From: Owenia fusiformis
Taxonomy: Eukaryota
Reading direction: 5' to 3'
Length of the DNA stretch: 64,000 nucleotides
Assembly: GCA_903813345.2 (NCBI GenBank)
Contig: CAIIXF020000001.1
Coordinates: forward strand, 6,882,001 to 6,946,000
The notes below the pieces were generated by a model, which was not told the origin of the DNA, ran no database searches, and was given only the letters and a program-made list of their open reading frames with translations. Below are positions 24,091 through 64,000 of this stretch, in pieces. Numbering within the stretch: position 1 is the first letter of the stretch; each line of letters opens with the position of its first letter. Both the position numbers and the translations under genes were made by a program.

Positions 24091-26099
24091 TAGATTAGAT
24101 GTTTACGTAATCAACATGCTAAACTGCGTCTAACATGGTTTAGAGAAACGTTTTGCTCTGTTTGTCGAATATTAATGTACAAATAAATGCAGAATTGTAT
24201 GGGAAATCCATACACAAAATAATAAAAAAAATTGTTTAAACTGATTTGCTTTTTGGTTATTTATTACTTCGGTGCATTGAACAAATTGTGTAATCATGCG
24301 TTCACCCCTTAAAGTGTCATGAAACTTACAGACTGAAAATATGGAAAACTCTTCTAAAATTAAAGATGCGAATGAAGTAATCCAATATTAAATATTTAAT
24401 TTGTCATATTAGCAGCATATCAAATACGTTTGCTGAATAACCGTGTGACAGTTGAGAACTACCTAGGGGCTACTACTCCAACTAAATAGACTATGAGTGA
24501 CTTAAGTCAATAAAGACGTGTCATAATCCACCGGTGCTCACTTACATTCCATATAGCAATCATCATTAATCCATTGTACACAGTAATGCTACTTGCTAGT
24601 TACTCAATAAGTTAAAAAACAGAAAATGTGAGAGGTATGTGGAGCTCCACGTGTCCAGGGCTACCCAAGTATTCCGACTCTTGCTAAAGTATTATTCTGA
24701 CTTGACCCAAGTATTCTGGGTTTAGTCATTTTATTAAATAAACTCGATATGTTGTTGATTTAACTTAATTTAATTTTATGTTCCTTCAAGAGAGCTGGAG
24801 ATGACTGTTGAAATTTTGTTAGCGGAACAGCACTTGAATGAGTCTCAGGTTGGTATTAAAATATAAAAATCAGTTCATCAATTCATAATCGAATTTAAAC
24901 AAATTAAGGTTGTGAATGAGAGGAAACTTTTTGTTTTTTCATTTTTTATATAAACTACATGCTACCCGTTGATGAGTGGCAGATCCCGGGGTGTGCGACT
25001 AATGTACCATGCGACACTCCTGAGCAATGCAATATTTAGAGTATATCAATATATTTATTTAGGCTGTGTCTCAACTTCAGGAAAATGGCTCATTTCTGAA
25101 AAATGGGCCATTTGAAAATATCGGCCTCGATTTTAAAAATGGGTCCAAAGTTCCAAAATTGGGTCTAAATTTTCAAAAGGGCAATATTTTAGAGCCAATA
25201 TTTTCCAAGAAAAAATAATTTTGGCAGCATCCTCTATTTTGAATTTTCAGATCTGATGAAATTATTGGAATTGAACTCGAAATGCTTTGGTTGTCAGAAT
25301 AGTTGGCCAAGAGCGAGAACATTGAAACAGGCGCTTCCTCAAATTCTGACTGCTAAAAAGGATAAACTGTTTGACAAATCTCTAAAAATCTTAAAAATCA
25401 TATGGTCAAAAAAAGTAATTACAATGTGTGATACAATGTTAAATATGACTTTAGAGTGTGGGCTTTTTGTACCCATACCAGGATGATGCAGGATCATGGT
25501 ACGGTTCCAGAACACGAATTATTCTCACCCACCGGTCCTGAAACATGAATATCTTCGGCACGTGTTTGGTGTAGTGTAACGGTGGTCAGTAAGCTCACCT
25601 CCATCTTCCTCCAATAATCGAGAGTAATTATTCACTATGAGATCCACATAACAGTCTGTAAGCTTTAGATAGATAGACTGATTTGGAATTCAATAGAATG
25701 AGAGTAGTAGGAAGTTTACAATGATAGTATGATTGTCCAAGATACAATTGCTTTAACTAAATAATTTAACTTGATAAAAAATGTTTTTAAATACAAAAGA
25801 ATCTGGAATCTAAATTTAGCCCCTGACATATTACATGAAGCAGGGTCGAGGCAATAGAGTCGAGTGCAATTCGGACACTTGACGCAAAATAGAGGCGAAG
25901 TGACGCAAAACTACCACTGATCATGACTGATCAGATATCACAATCTAACATAATTCGTAACAATTATGCAGTATGATAGGATGTTGGAGGGTATGAGGAC
26001 TCGTGATGTAAACCACACAAATTCCAATTATATCTTCGTGACATTTGAACTGCCACCTCATGCTATGATATTTATGGAGTGCTTTCTTGTATATCATTA

Positions 26100-26419
26100 G
26101 GGGAGGCGTCAAAAAATCGATGTCTGTTTAGAAACTTAAATAATTAAGTTTGGGGGTGGGGGGGGGGTCAATACTGAAAAGCTTTACTGCCTTCAAAGAT
26201 ATAGTAAAGAGATGCTAACCATCATTCATGTGAAGCTGTTGCTGAATCCTACCAATTTCATCATATATTGGGAAAGTTTACTTTTTTTTCATTTCAATTC
26301 CTTTCCCTGATTTTAAAAAGTTTAAGAATTAAGATTTAGATTAAGATTGGAGGTCAGAAGTCAAACTTAATAAGATACGTTTTTAAACAGACATCAAATT
26401 TTTGATGCCCCCCCCCCCC
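26100..26419. mobile_element. GG...CC-ended MITE (Zator/Harbinger-like)
   Basis: ggggaggcgtcaaaaaatcgatgtctgttta ... taaacagacatcaaatttttgatgccccc; flanks TTA/ATA. Confidence 0.6.
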
Positions 26420-27407
26420 ATAGTACTATTCTGTAGAGTATAGATCTACTTGTACGAATAGGAGTTTCCCGCATAACAATTCCTTCTACAATGGCTTGGA
26501 ATTGAACCTCTTTCATGTCAAGTTGTATTTGAAGTCATATAAGAGGTCGGGTTGGGAGGTTTTTCTTCAGAAATAATGGAAAATTTTAAAAATTGTTAAT
26601 GGCAATTATTTTCCCATCCACAATTTATCACAAAAGTGTTCACACTAAAGGCTAATGTAATTATCTCCGAGTATGTGTTTAATGGTCTAAACAGAATGAT
26701 GCAAATCTTGCAGCCCACTTTATTCAGAATAAGAAGCATGGGAAAACATACAAGACAAATTACCAAGGAGATTCTTCTGAATAGAATCAGGAATATGGGA
26801 TACATGAAAATTAAATATAATGCTACTGTTATAGTTACCATTGGAAAAGTTCAATGCTCACAAATTCTTCAAAAACATTTGAAACCTTTCCAATGTTCCA
26901 TCAAAGTTCTGTCCAAACAAGTTCACCTATTCCGGTGTGAAGTCGGGAGCATTCAAATATGAACTTGCCTGAAGATCATTCTGTATGTAAATAACATGTT
27001 TTTGTATACACTGTATTGTATTATGATAGCGTAGTATAGTTAGCTTTATTTTTCGTGCTGACTTATATGGCATACTTTGACATCTAAAAAGTCTAAAAAT
27101 CAACAATTTGTCTATTTAAGGATTTAAGCCTTGGACGCAGTGCAATGCTCTCCAAAATTTGCATGAGATGCACAGCATCGAGTGTTCCTTTTAGGTAACA
27201 ACGTCTGAATACAATAGTCATTCCACAATGCAGGAGTCCTGGGCTTAAAGTGTCTCACATATTTGATCAAAATTTGCCATGCAAACATGTTAGTCTACTT
27301 TACTGGCCCCCCTTGCTGTAACAAGGAACCCAAAACACATTAAAACGTAAACATAAACAAATTAGTCACTTCACTATGAAAGTGGGGGTGTTAGCAAATG
27401 TATATTA

Positions 27408-27834
27408 GGCCATAAGAAGTAGATTCTTTGTTTTGCGTCCTGGCAAAATCCAAATCATGCAAGGGTACAAGGAAAACAAACACAAACTCAAGAAAAAAAA
27501 CTTGTTTGCTGAGAAATATATACATTTTAGGGGCATAAAAAAGGATGACATCCCAATTTGCAGTGATTACAAACACATATCTATACATTTGATACAATAT
27601 ATAAAAATATAGCTATTATTCAAAAGTAAAAATTAAGAAAAAACACAATGTATGTCAAATAATTATAACGCTGTCAATTTTGACGCACATCAAATTATCC
27701 GCCATTTCATCTGATTCTGAAATGCGATGGTACTTTCAGACCCTTGTGATTGCTATTTGGATGTGTTTTTTTCTGATTTACTCAAAATCGTGCAAGCAAG
27801 GGGACGCAAAACAGAGGATCTACTTCTTATGGCC
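27408..27834. mobile_element. GG...CC-ended MITE with 3-bp TTA TSD (Zator/Harbinger-like)
   Basis: tta|ggccataagaagtagat ... atctacttcttatggcc|tta. Confidence 0.8.
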
Positions 27835-28974
27835 TTAGCAGAATACGCTGTGTGCATGGACTAACACAATATCAGTGGTCATATACTGTGTCAACTTAGT
27901 AACCCTTGCATATCGTGCTCACTCAAGTATTGAATAATTTTTTATGATCTAAATGTTTTTGGTTTATAAAAAAAAGTGATATATTTTAGTTAGAAATACA
28001 TTAATTAATATATTCATTCAAACAGCACTAGAATGCGGGAAGAAAGAGCAATGGTGACAAAATGTAGACAGAATTTTCCGTAAGGGTTTCAAACATTTCT
28101 GGACACAATCATACATGTATATAGTGTACTGTTATTTTTAGTGCTGTATTTCTAGATATAATTTCACGTATTAAAATCATATTTTCCAGAAATGACTTCA
28201 AATCCGGAACCACACCCATATCACATTTTCTTCAATAACTCCAAACATGTGTAAACATTGACCATGTGCATATAAATTCAGATTTCACGAGCTCTTTCAT
28301 ATTCGAGTACCTCATACACCCCTGCATGGATTTGAGTTGGATTCGCCTTTTATACGTGAGCCGACACACTCGCAAACGCTGATTGGATAAAGATTGCGAG
28401 AATCTTTAAATTATTTTCACACATAGCACTTCAAAGATACGAAATCACTAAAAGAACATATTCTCAATGAAACTTTTTGCTCGGGTCAAGTTGGCAAAGC
28501 ATCAATTTCAATCTGTAGAGTCAAGTTGTAACCTTCCAACCACATAAGGAATGACCTTGGATGCGGTGATTGGTTATATAATGCACACCAGTTATCTGAA
28601 GTTGGGTACACCTTGCCTAGCTGTGTAAATGGTAAATAAACCAATGAATAATATGTCCAGTTCAACCAAACAAACAAATTAAGATTCATGCCAAATTAAC
28701 TACAGCTCACTTACAGATTAAAGGCACTGTGAAATGGGGTTCTTCTGATCTGAAGATCTAATCTGATCTTGTTTAAGATCTCAGCTAGTTTCATAAGCTC
28801 ATAAAACAATTGTAAACAAGATATTATTTTTTCTGTAAAATGTATTTGATGATCAAATAAATTCCTACAGATACATTATGTATAATAATAATATCCTAGG
28901 GTATAAAGCTGCCATTGATACATGATTGAAATACATCTCTCCAGATTCTGCTTTGTAGTTTCTTACATAGGTAT

Positions 28975-29065
28975 ATGTGTACATGTATAATACATGTAAT
29001 AATATGTGTACATGTATAATACATGTAATAATATGTGTACATGTATAATACATGTAATAATACAT
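28975..29065. repeat. 29-bp tandem repeat, ~3 copies
   Basis: tacatgtataatacatgtaataatatgtg repeated. Confidence 0.8.
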
Positions 29066-29718
29066 GAATATCTTATTCCATACTTGGAAGTGACACAGAT
29101 TTATAAAGCCTCCATACAGCTGCTTAATTTCATAAAACACACCTCGTTTCTTTTGTAAAATTTGATTAATCAAATCAAATCAGCTGTTTCTACAATACCT
29201 CATAGAAACAACAATCATAATATGTTTTTTGGTTTATCAATAATAAAAATCAAAAAAACAATGGAGACTTTTTTCTAAAAATACCACATTTAGAGAGTTT
29301 ATACATAATTTACCCATTGTCTTGATTACAGGTGAATGTATATATTTCCATGACGATGGATCGAGCTATGCTTATGAAGTATTAATAAGTCTCTTACATT
29401 TATATTCTAGTTTATGCACAACGTAATTTAGCCTGTTTACCCCATTATTAACCATTCATTTATAGCCTGTTTATAACATTTTAACATTTTTCTATGTATA
29501 AAGCTATAAACCAAGCTTTGTTAAAGGCTCTTCCTCTACTCCAACTACTTACTTGACAGTTTAATCTTGCTTTACTGCATATGCAGTGAGAATGACGTCA
29601 ACAAATGAAGCAGGTCAGTATGCAATAATTTTGCTTAATTTTACATTTCACTGATACAAAATCATGATGAAAAAATCACATGGCAAAAATGCACCCTTGT
29701 ATGATCTACTTCTGAATA

Positions 29719-30040
29719 AAAAGATGTGTTTACCACTTGAGTTAATACATGTAAATAGCTATAGTGATATTTTAAAAATATCAAAAATGCGTAATTCAAA
29801 AGATGTATTTACCACTTGAGTTAATACATGTTATTAGCTATAGTGATATTTTAAAAATATCAAAAATGCGTAATTCAAAAGATGTATTTACCACTTGAGT
29901 TGATACATGTTAATAGCTATAGTGATATTTTAAAAATATCAAAAATGCGTAATTCAAAAGATGTATTTACCACTTGAGTTAATACATGTTAATAGCTATC
30001 GTGATATTTTAAAAATATCAAAAATGCGTAATTCAAAAGA
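29719..30040. repeat. 79-bp tandem repeat, 4 near-identical copies
   Basis: gatgt(a/g)tttaccacttgag recurs at 29723, 29802, 29881 and 29960. Confidence 0.9.
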
Positions 30041-31686
30041 AAATCTCGAGGAACAGATATAAAATTGTACGGTGGGATCAAAACAGACTAATTTGACCAG
30101 GCAGAGTGCTTATAAACTAGCAGTGGTGTAGCAAAAGAAACTGATTAACATTTCCAACAAAATTCAACAAATATTTTTTACAAAAATAATAATGATTTTA
30201 AAGTACAAGTGAGATGATGAAAGATTTTGCTAGCTAGACCAAGGATATGATGTAATGATTCAAAGAGCAGCCCTGACTTTGGCATCAAGTGTTATTTGAA
30301 GAACAAAACTAATTACTAATATAAACCTTTGAATCTCCATATCATATTTGTGAGACCCCACCACCAACATACAACACTTAAACACGTGATACTAAAGTAT
30401 TATAGTATATGACTAGTACAGGTTAACAAAAGACCAGATCATCAAGGTATATCATTGGACTACAAAATATCTAATAACATGAGACAGCTCAAGTGAGAAA
30501 AAAATGCTTAATACATTAATCAATTGAAGCAAAACAGTACATATAATAAACCTATGTAGAACCAGTAATTTTTGAATTTTCATAATTCACAATGCATAGC
30601 ATTTTCATGAGTCTAGCATCAATTTTTGAGTCTTCATCTTCTCATGAGAGATGTGCTCTGTGTAGGAAGGGGAGGGGGGTGCAAAAAGCTTTGACATAAG
30701 ACTTGCATGACATTCTGAACGCCTTGACACGTTATTGCAAATTACTTCGCACGTTTACACATAAATTGAAGGCTTCGTGTTGCAACTTACAATACATAAT
30801 TATTACATACGCACATAATAATACATACATATAATAATTAAGTCAATGTGTTAATGAAGGGGTTGTCATACCAGGGAGGAAAAGTATGATCATCCTCGTG
30901 CAAAGTTTCCCCACATTGAAACCTCTGTGGCATAAATACGGAATACGGTTTAAGGGCTAATAGTTGTATTTCCAAGAAAAATAATCCTAAAACACTCCTA
31001 ATTCAAATTATTCAATTGAAATTGATGGTAAATAATATTATCTTATACGAGATATATTCCCTTGATAGAGAAATGTGTAAAAAAATTGTGACTTAGAAGT
31101 TTGTGAAAGGTTAAAGAATGCACTTTACATAAGGTCCCTTTCTCATTGCTACTGAAGACATATTACCCCAGATTTAAATCTCTTTTGCGTAACTGTGTCC
31201 TCCAATTAATTCCCAAATTCCCAGATCTGTCTCCATTTAGTTCAATGCACATCCAAAAATCCATAATTTTAAAAATCTTAAAACGTTACACTAAAAAAGC
31301 CATGTTTGGTGATAAAATGAGACATAAACAGCACCAAGTTTTTCACCAAACATGAAGCTATCAAAATTCCTAGAATGTTGCACTAAAAATCCTCCACACA
31401 AAAAATCAATAGTAGAGTCAGATTGTGCCTGTACATGCAAGATATCATTTACGTCAGTACCAAAAGCTATTCATATTTTCCATTGTCAAAATGAATCATT
31501 TAATTCAAAGCCATATCGAAAATCCTTTAATCATTGGTTTAGAGTACATCTGATTCATGAAAATAATTTCATTTAGATACTACACTCTGCACTGATTGTA
31601 CCTCACTTGAACAAAAGACTTTTTAATAGGCAGTGAATAAATGAGATCTTAGTAATATTCAATGTATTGATTTCCATATATTAATA

Positions 31687-33553
31687 CTGTACCCCTGGGA
31701 TTTTCACCTGCATTTTAATTTCACGAAATTCATGATTGTGGTTAAGTCACGAAAAATAATCTTCGCTAAATGTGCAAATTAAATCATGATAATTAAAGGA
31801 CAACTGAAATAGATTTTCTCAACTTGCAGCTAGTAAAATGTGATCATCTTCATTGTAAGCCCATCGTAGAGTTCTTGTAATGGCCATTATAAAAGAAATG
31901 TTAGATAACTGTTAATGGTCATAAATAACATAATAAAATTAACTGATCAATCAGATTGGCCCCCACATGATTAGTAACGTCATACATAACATATAGTTTT
32001 GATTTATTGGTTCCTTGGTAATCACGACGTCACGGCAACCACATGATTGTTGTGTAAACAAATAACAAAACATCTTGGCATTATGACGTCATGATTTAAT
32101 GGACCAAAATGGGCCACGTGGGGCCAGTGAGAGGTCACGTGGGGGCCAATAACGTCACAACTTATTCGAATATTGCTTTTGAAAAGCAGCTATAACTATC
32201 GTTAGAGTGAAATAATACTCAGAATACTGATGAGAAAACATGTCCAAATACATTTATCAAAAAATTCTATTGATTCCTTTAGGTCAACAATACCATTTCA
32301 TATCTACTTTAAATAATAGCAACAATGTAAAGCTTGAGGCTTTAGAAAATAACGAAATTTAAATTGTCAAATCCTCAAAATTAAGTAGCTACAAAATTTT
32401 CCATCTCGCGGTTCGCTCTTTGAATCGGAACGTTCGCAAATATGGAGCAAATATGTACCCAAAAGGACTAAAGGACGATTCTCGGTTTGGAGAACGAAGT
32501 TCATCAATCTAAATGAGCATTATCCCTGCTTCGGACAAATTTGATTTTTTTCTCATAATATAGATTTGAATGTCTTCTTTTAAATAGTCATAATTTTATT
32601 TGGGTAATATTTCTAGATTTTTCGCAAAGAATATATTAGCGCAGTACACTGATGAACTTCTTTCCCCAAATCGAGACTTGTATTTTATTGAATCGGTCTA
32701 ATTGAGCATTATCCCTGCTTCAGACCAATTTGTTAATTTTACATCTTGTAGATTTAAATGTCCTCTTTTGAATATTCATAGTTTAATTTGGGTAATATTT
32801 CTATATTTTTCATGAAAAAAATTATTAGCCCAGGAGACTGTTCTCCAAACCGAGAATCGTCCTTTGATAAGTCAATATTTATATAATAAATAATTACGCA
32901 AAGTTGTTTTACACCCGCACGCTAAATGATAAAAACAATGACACCATCGGAAGTATTCTTCTTTGTCATTACTTTAATAATCGGTATACCGAGTTTAATC
33001 AATAAAAGATTGTACATGAATGAACAACAAAATTCGGAAATGAGTACTATAGATTTTCTTTCGATTCACTGAACAGATTGACCTAGATAATAGCGACGCG
33101 TCTTCTTTGGTCAACTGCTCAGTTGTTTTGGGGTTTTCAACGTAACTCTATAATGTAATTTGAAGATGAGTACTTTTATTCAGTTGTTGCATCGATGTTG
33201 CAGTTTGTAGTGCGATTGGCACGAAAGTGTCGAAAGTCAAATGGAAATGTTTTTTTTCCAATATGGCAACTAGTCAACTGATCACGTGACCTCTTCCGGA
33301 ACCTTTTCTCTTTTTTAAATCATAGTTTTCACCATAGTTTGAAAAATAGGTGTGAAAATCCCCATGTTAAACCTATGGGGGAAAACAAGGAAGTATAAAT
33401 TTGTTCCACTGCGAACTGCATCATGGGAAATATTTTGACCTTATAAGGAAAGATTTTCGCATCTCTTCTTTTGAAGAGGGAACAACGATCTGCTTAATTG
33501 TGATTTCTCAAAATTTGCAAAATTAAAACGCGTGAAATATACCAGGAGTACAG
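31687..33553. mobile_element. TA-flanked TIR element with nested insertions, downstream of the ALDH4A1 stop
   Basis: TA|ctgtacccctgg...ttttaattt vs aaattaaaa...ccaggagtacag|TA. Confidence 0.55.
32472..32863. mobile_element. Kolobok-like MITE with perfect 24-bp TIR and internal ~190-bp direct duplication
   Basis: aggacgattctcggtttggagaac ... gttctccaaaccgagaatcgtcct; flanks CTAA/TTGA (TTAA-like). Confidence 0.7.
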
Positions 33554-33732
33554 TAGTATTCCCTTGTTAATGAACTCAATTGTATGACCTCCACCCTGTT
33601 GCACATTTCCAAAAACAAACAATTTGTGATAGATTTGAAATAATACATTTGAAGAGATACTCAGGTTACCGATTCTCTTTCATGCATTATCTATTCTTCC
33701 ATATAAGGGCATTTCCAGTCTACACAATTGAC

Positions 33733-61853
<28,121 letters not shown>

Positions 61854-62060
61854 GTCGTCGTTCAATTAACAAAATAGTGTTCAAAATTTGTAGAACGAAC
61901 ATATGATTTGGCTGGACCTAAGAACTTAAGCCCGGAAATGCATACGCGTGAACAAAATACTTGGGTCTACTTAAAATATTCATACGCGAACATTTCGTTC
62001 ATTGCTACATATCTGATCCCAGGAGTGTATTTTTCTGGCTGCGGTTCCATGTAAGCAGTC
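61854..62060 (-). promoter_or_regulatory. Likely ALDH4A1 5' UTR / proximal promoter
   Basis: Immediately upstream of the ATG; locally CpG-richer; ETS-like CCGGAA near 61932. Confidence 0.35.
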
Positions 62061-62114
62061 ACGAGCTAAAATGTCACGGCACTTAGCCATTTCTAACCAT
62101 GCAACATGTATACT

Positions 62115-63125
62115 GTACATTGCTACACATTGCTACACTGTGTCAAGCACCTATACATAGGCTGGAAAGCGGGGTAAACGGGGTACATATCCTTACCTGT
62201 ATACTCTACATTGCTACACTGTGAGGCAGCTTCTACACATACCATGGAGGTGGGGTAAGCGGGGTAAGCGGGGTGCATACCTTTACATGTATACTCTACA
62301 TTGCTACACTGTGAGGCAGCTTCTACACATACCATGGAGGTGGGGTAAGCGGGGTAAGCGGGGTGCATACCTTTACATGTATACTCTACATTGCTACACA
62401 TTGCTACACTGTGTCAAGCACCTATACATAGGCTGGAAAGCGGGGTAAGCGGGGTACATACCTTTACATGTATTCTCTACATTGCTACACTGTGAGGCAG
62501 CTTCTACACATACCATGGAGGTGGGGTAAGCGGGGTAAGCGGGGTAAGCGGGGTGCATACCTTTACATGTATACTCTACATTGCTACACTGTGTCAAGCA
62601 CCTATACATAGGCTGGAAAGCGGGGTAAGCGGGGTACATACCTTTACATGTATTCTCTACATTGCTACACTGTGAGGCAGCTTCTACACATACCATGGAG
62701 GTGGGGTAAGCGGGGTAAGCGGGGTGCATACCTTTACATGTATACTCTACATTGCTACACTGTGTCCAGCACCTATACATAGGCTGGAAAGCGGGGTAAG
62801 CGGGGTACATACCTTTACATGTATTCTCTACATTGCTACACTGTGAGGCAGCTTCTACACATGCCATGGAGGTGGGGTAAGCGGGGTAAGCGGGGTGCAT
62901 ACCTTTACATGTATTCTCTACATTGCTACACTGTGAGACAGCTCCTACACATACCATGGGGTAAGCGGGGTAAGCGGGGTACATACCTTTACATGTTACA
63001 TAGAATATATTAGTTACTACATTGTTTCAAGCTCCTACATGTATACATAAACACTGTACATTGCTACACTGTGTCAGGCACCTATACATAACCTGGGAAG
63101 CGGGATTAACGGGGTACATATCCTT
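62115..63125. repeat. Compound minisatellite (81-bp and 90/99-bp units containing GCGGGGTAA 9-mers) upstream of ALDH4A1
   Basis: Alternating units visible directly and in the ORF translations (YPAYPA..QCSNVE). Confidence 0.9.
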
Positions 63126-64000
63126 ATGTATATCTTATCCATATTAAATGATTTGTTTACACAATGTTGCATTAGTTGTGTGGATGTACACTAAAAAACT
63201 TACATTTTTTGGTTTTGGTTTGACTCCCAAATAACTATATAAAGTATGGACATTTATTTAATTGGTTTTTAATAAATAATCCTGTCTGGTTGTGATATAG
63301 TCATTTCACAGATACATCTACATAAAGCCTTGCCTGTGTATTTGTAATAATAACTAGTAAAAAACATTTCTTGAATATTGGGTACTTACTAAAGTGAATG
63401 AAGCTTATGTGTAACTATGTTTATTAAGAATGGTAATAAATTTAATTGTTATGAAGAATGTTGATATTATTCTTATAAAATGCACCTTTTACCAATTTAT
63501 TCCTAGTAACCTTGCGTTGTGCGCCGTGCGTTAACATTTCATTGATTAAAAGTGCAGTTCATTTCCATTTTTTATTTTTACCAGAATGACGTTAAAAACT
63601 GACACATCTTGAATATTAATTAATTTAATTTATTAAATTTTGTTGGTGAGGACGTATTTATTGTTATGTTCATAATGGGAGCCAGGACTCGTATAGATGG
63701 CAGTTAACTACTAGGTTGTTCTCTACAACTAGCCCATTGGTTTATGTGTAAATATTGCTGTTTTGAAACTTCAAATTCTCTGCATATATCAAATAAATAT
63801 CATATTTTCCTTCATCATTATTTTAATTTACAAACATGTTTTAAGATTCACAATTAGAAGTTTTGGATATTTTCAATAAAATTTATCTGTGTCAATATCT
63901 ATCTATCTACCTGTTATTTAATTCGTAAATACTTTAAAACACTAGAGAGATTTCGCACATAAGTGAAAGTACAACTTATACGTATACGTATACTTTAAAG

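Noticed and set aside
24791-25620. Exon-like segments (24791-24848, from 25251) and an FN3-like YDFRVWAF motif
   Set aside because: Phases are incompatible or give immediate stops; no coherent protein could be assembled.
26596-26962. Overlapping 81-aa and 108-aa ORFs
   Set aside because: No recognisable motif or consistent splice signals.
62123-62984. Cys-rich repeat protein
   Set aside because: The ORFs arise from a minisatellite, are frameshifted, and lack a signal peptide or splice support.

Overview
AT-rich, intron-containing animal DNA, probably a marine invertebrate (lophotrochozoan-like; inferred from the repeat repertoire only). Two conserved genes are recognisable: the last three coding exons of REX1BD/C19orf60 (+, 300-1853) and a complete 13-exon ALDH4A1/P5C dehydrogenase (-, 61853-33733, 559 aa, all introns GT-AG and in phase). 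Between them lie an intronless 395-aa orphan ORF (3385-4572) and a three-exon candidate gene for a 136-aa secreted, Cys-paired, KR-containing precursor (14053-21649), which the ORF track shows only as unconnected pieces. The most unusual structure is a ~6.8 kb, ~105-copy 56-bp satellite in ALDH4A1 intron 11. Its unit is the gene's own 3' splice site plus the first 38 nt of exon 12, giving ~100 decoy acceptors ahead of the real one; a HINE/Helentron-type element interrupts the array. The rest is dense with nested non-autonomous transposons, many with readable TIRs and TSDs: CAC-ended 5-bp-TSD foldbacks, a TGT...ACA Ginger-like element, TTAA Kolobok-like and TWA Zator/Harbinger-like elements, a DD37D maT relic, an RTEX-like LINE tail and a tRNA-derived SINE. 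All calls are by eye; no database searches were run.
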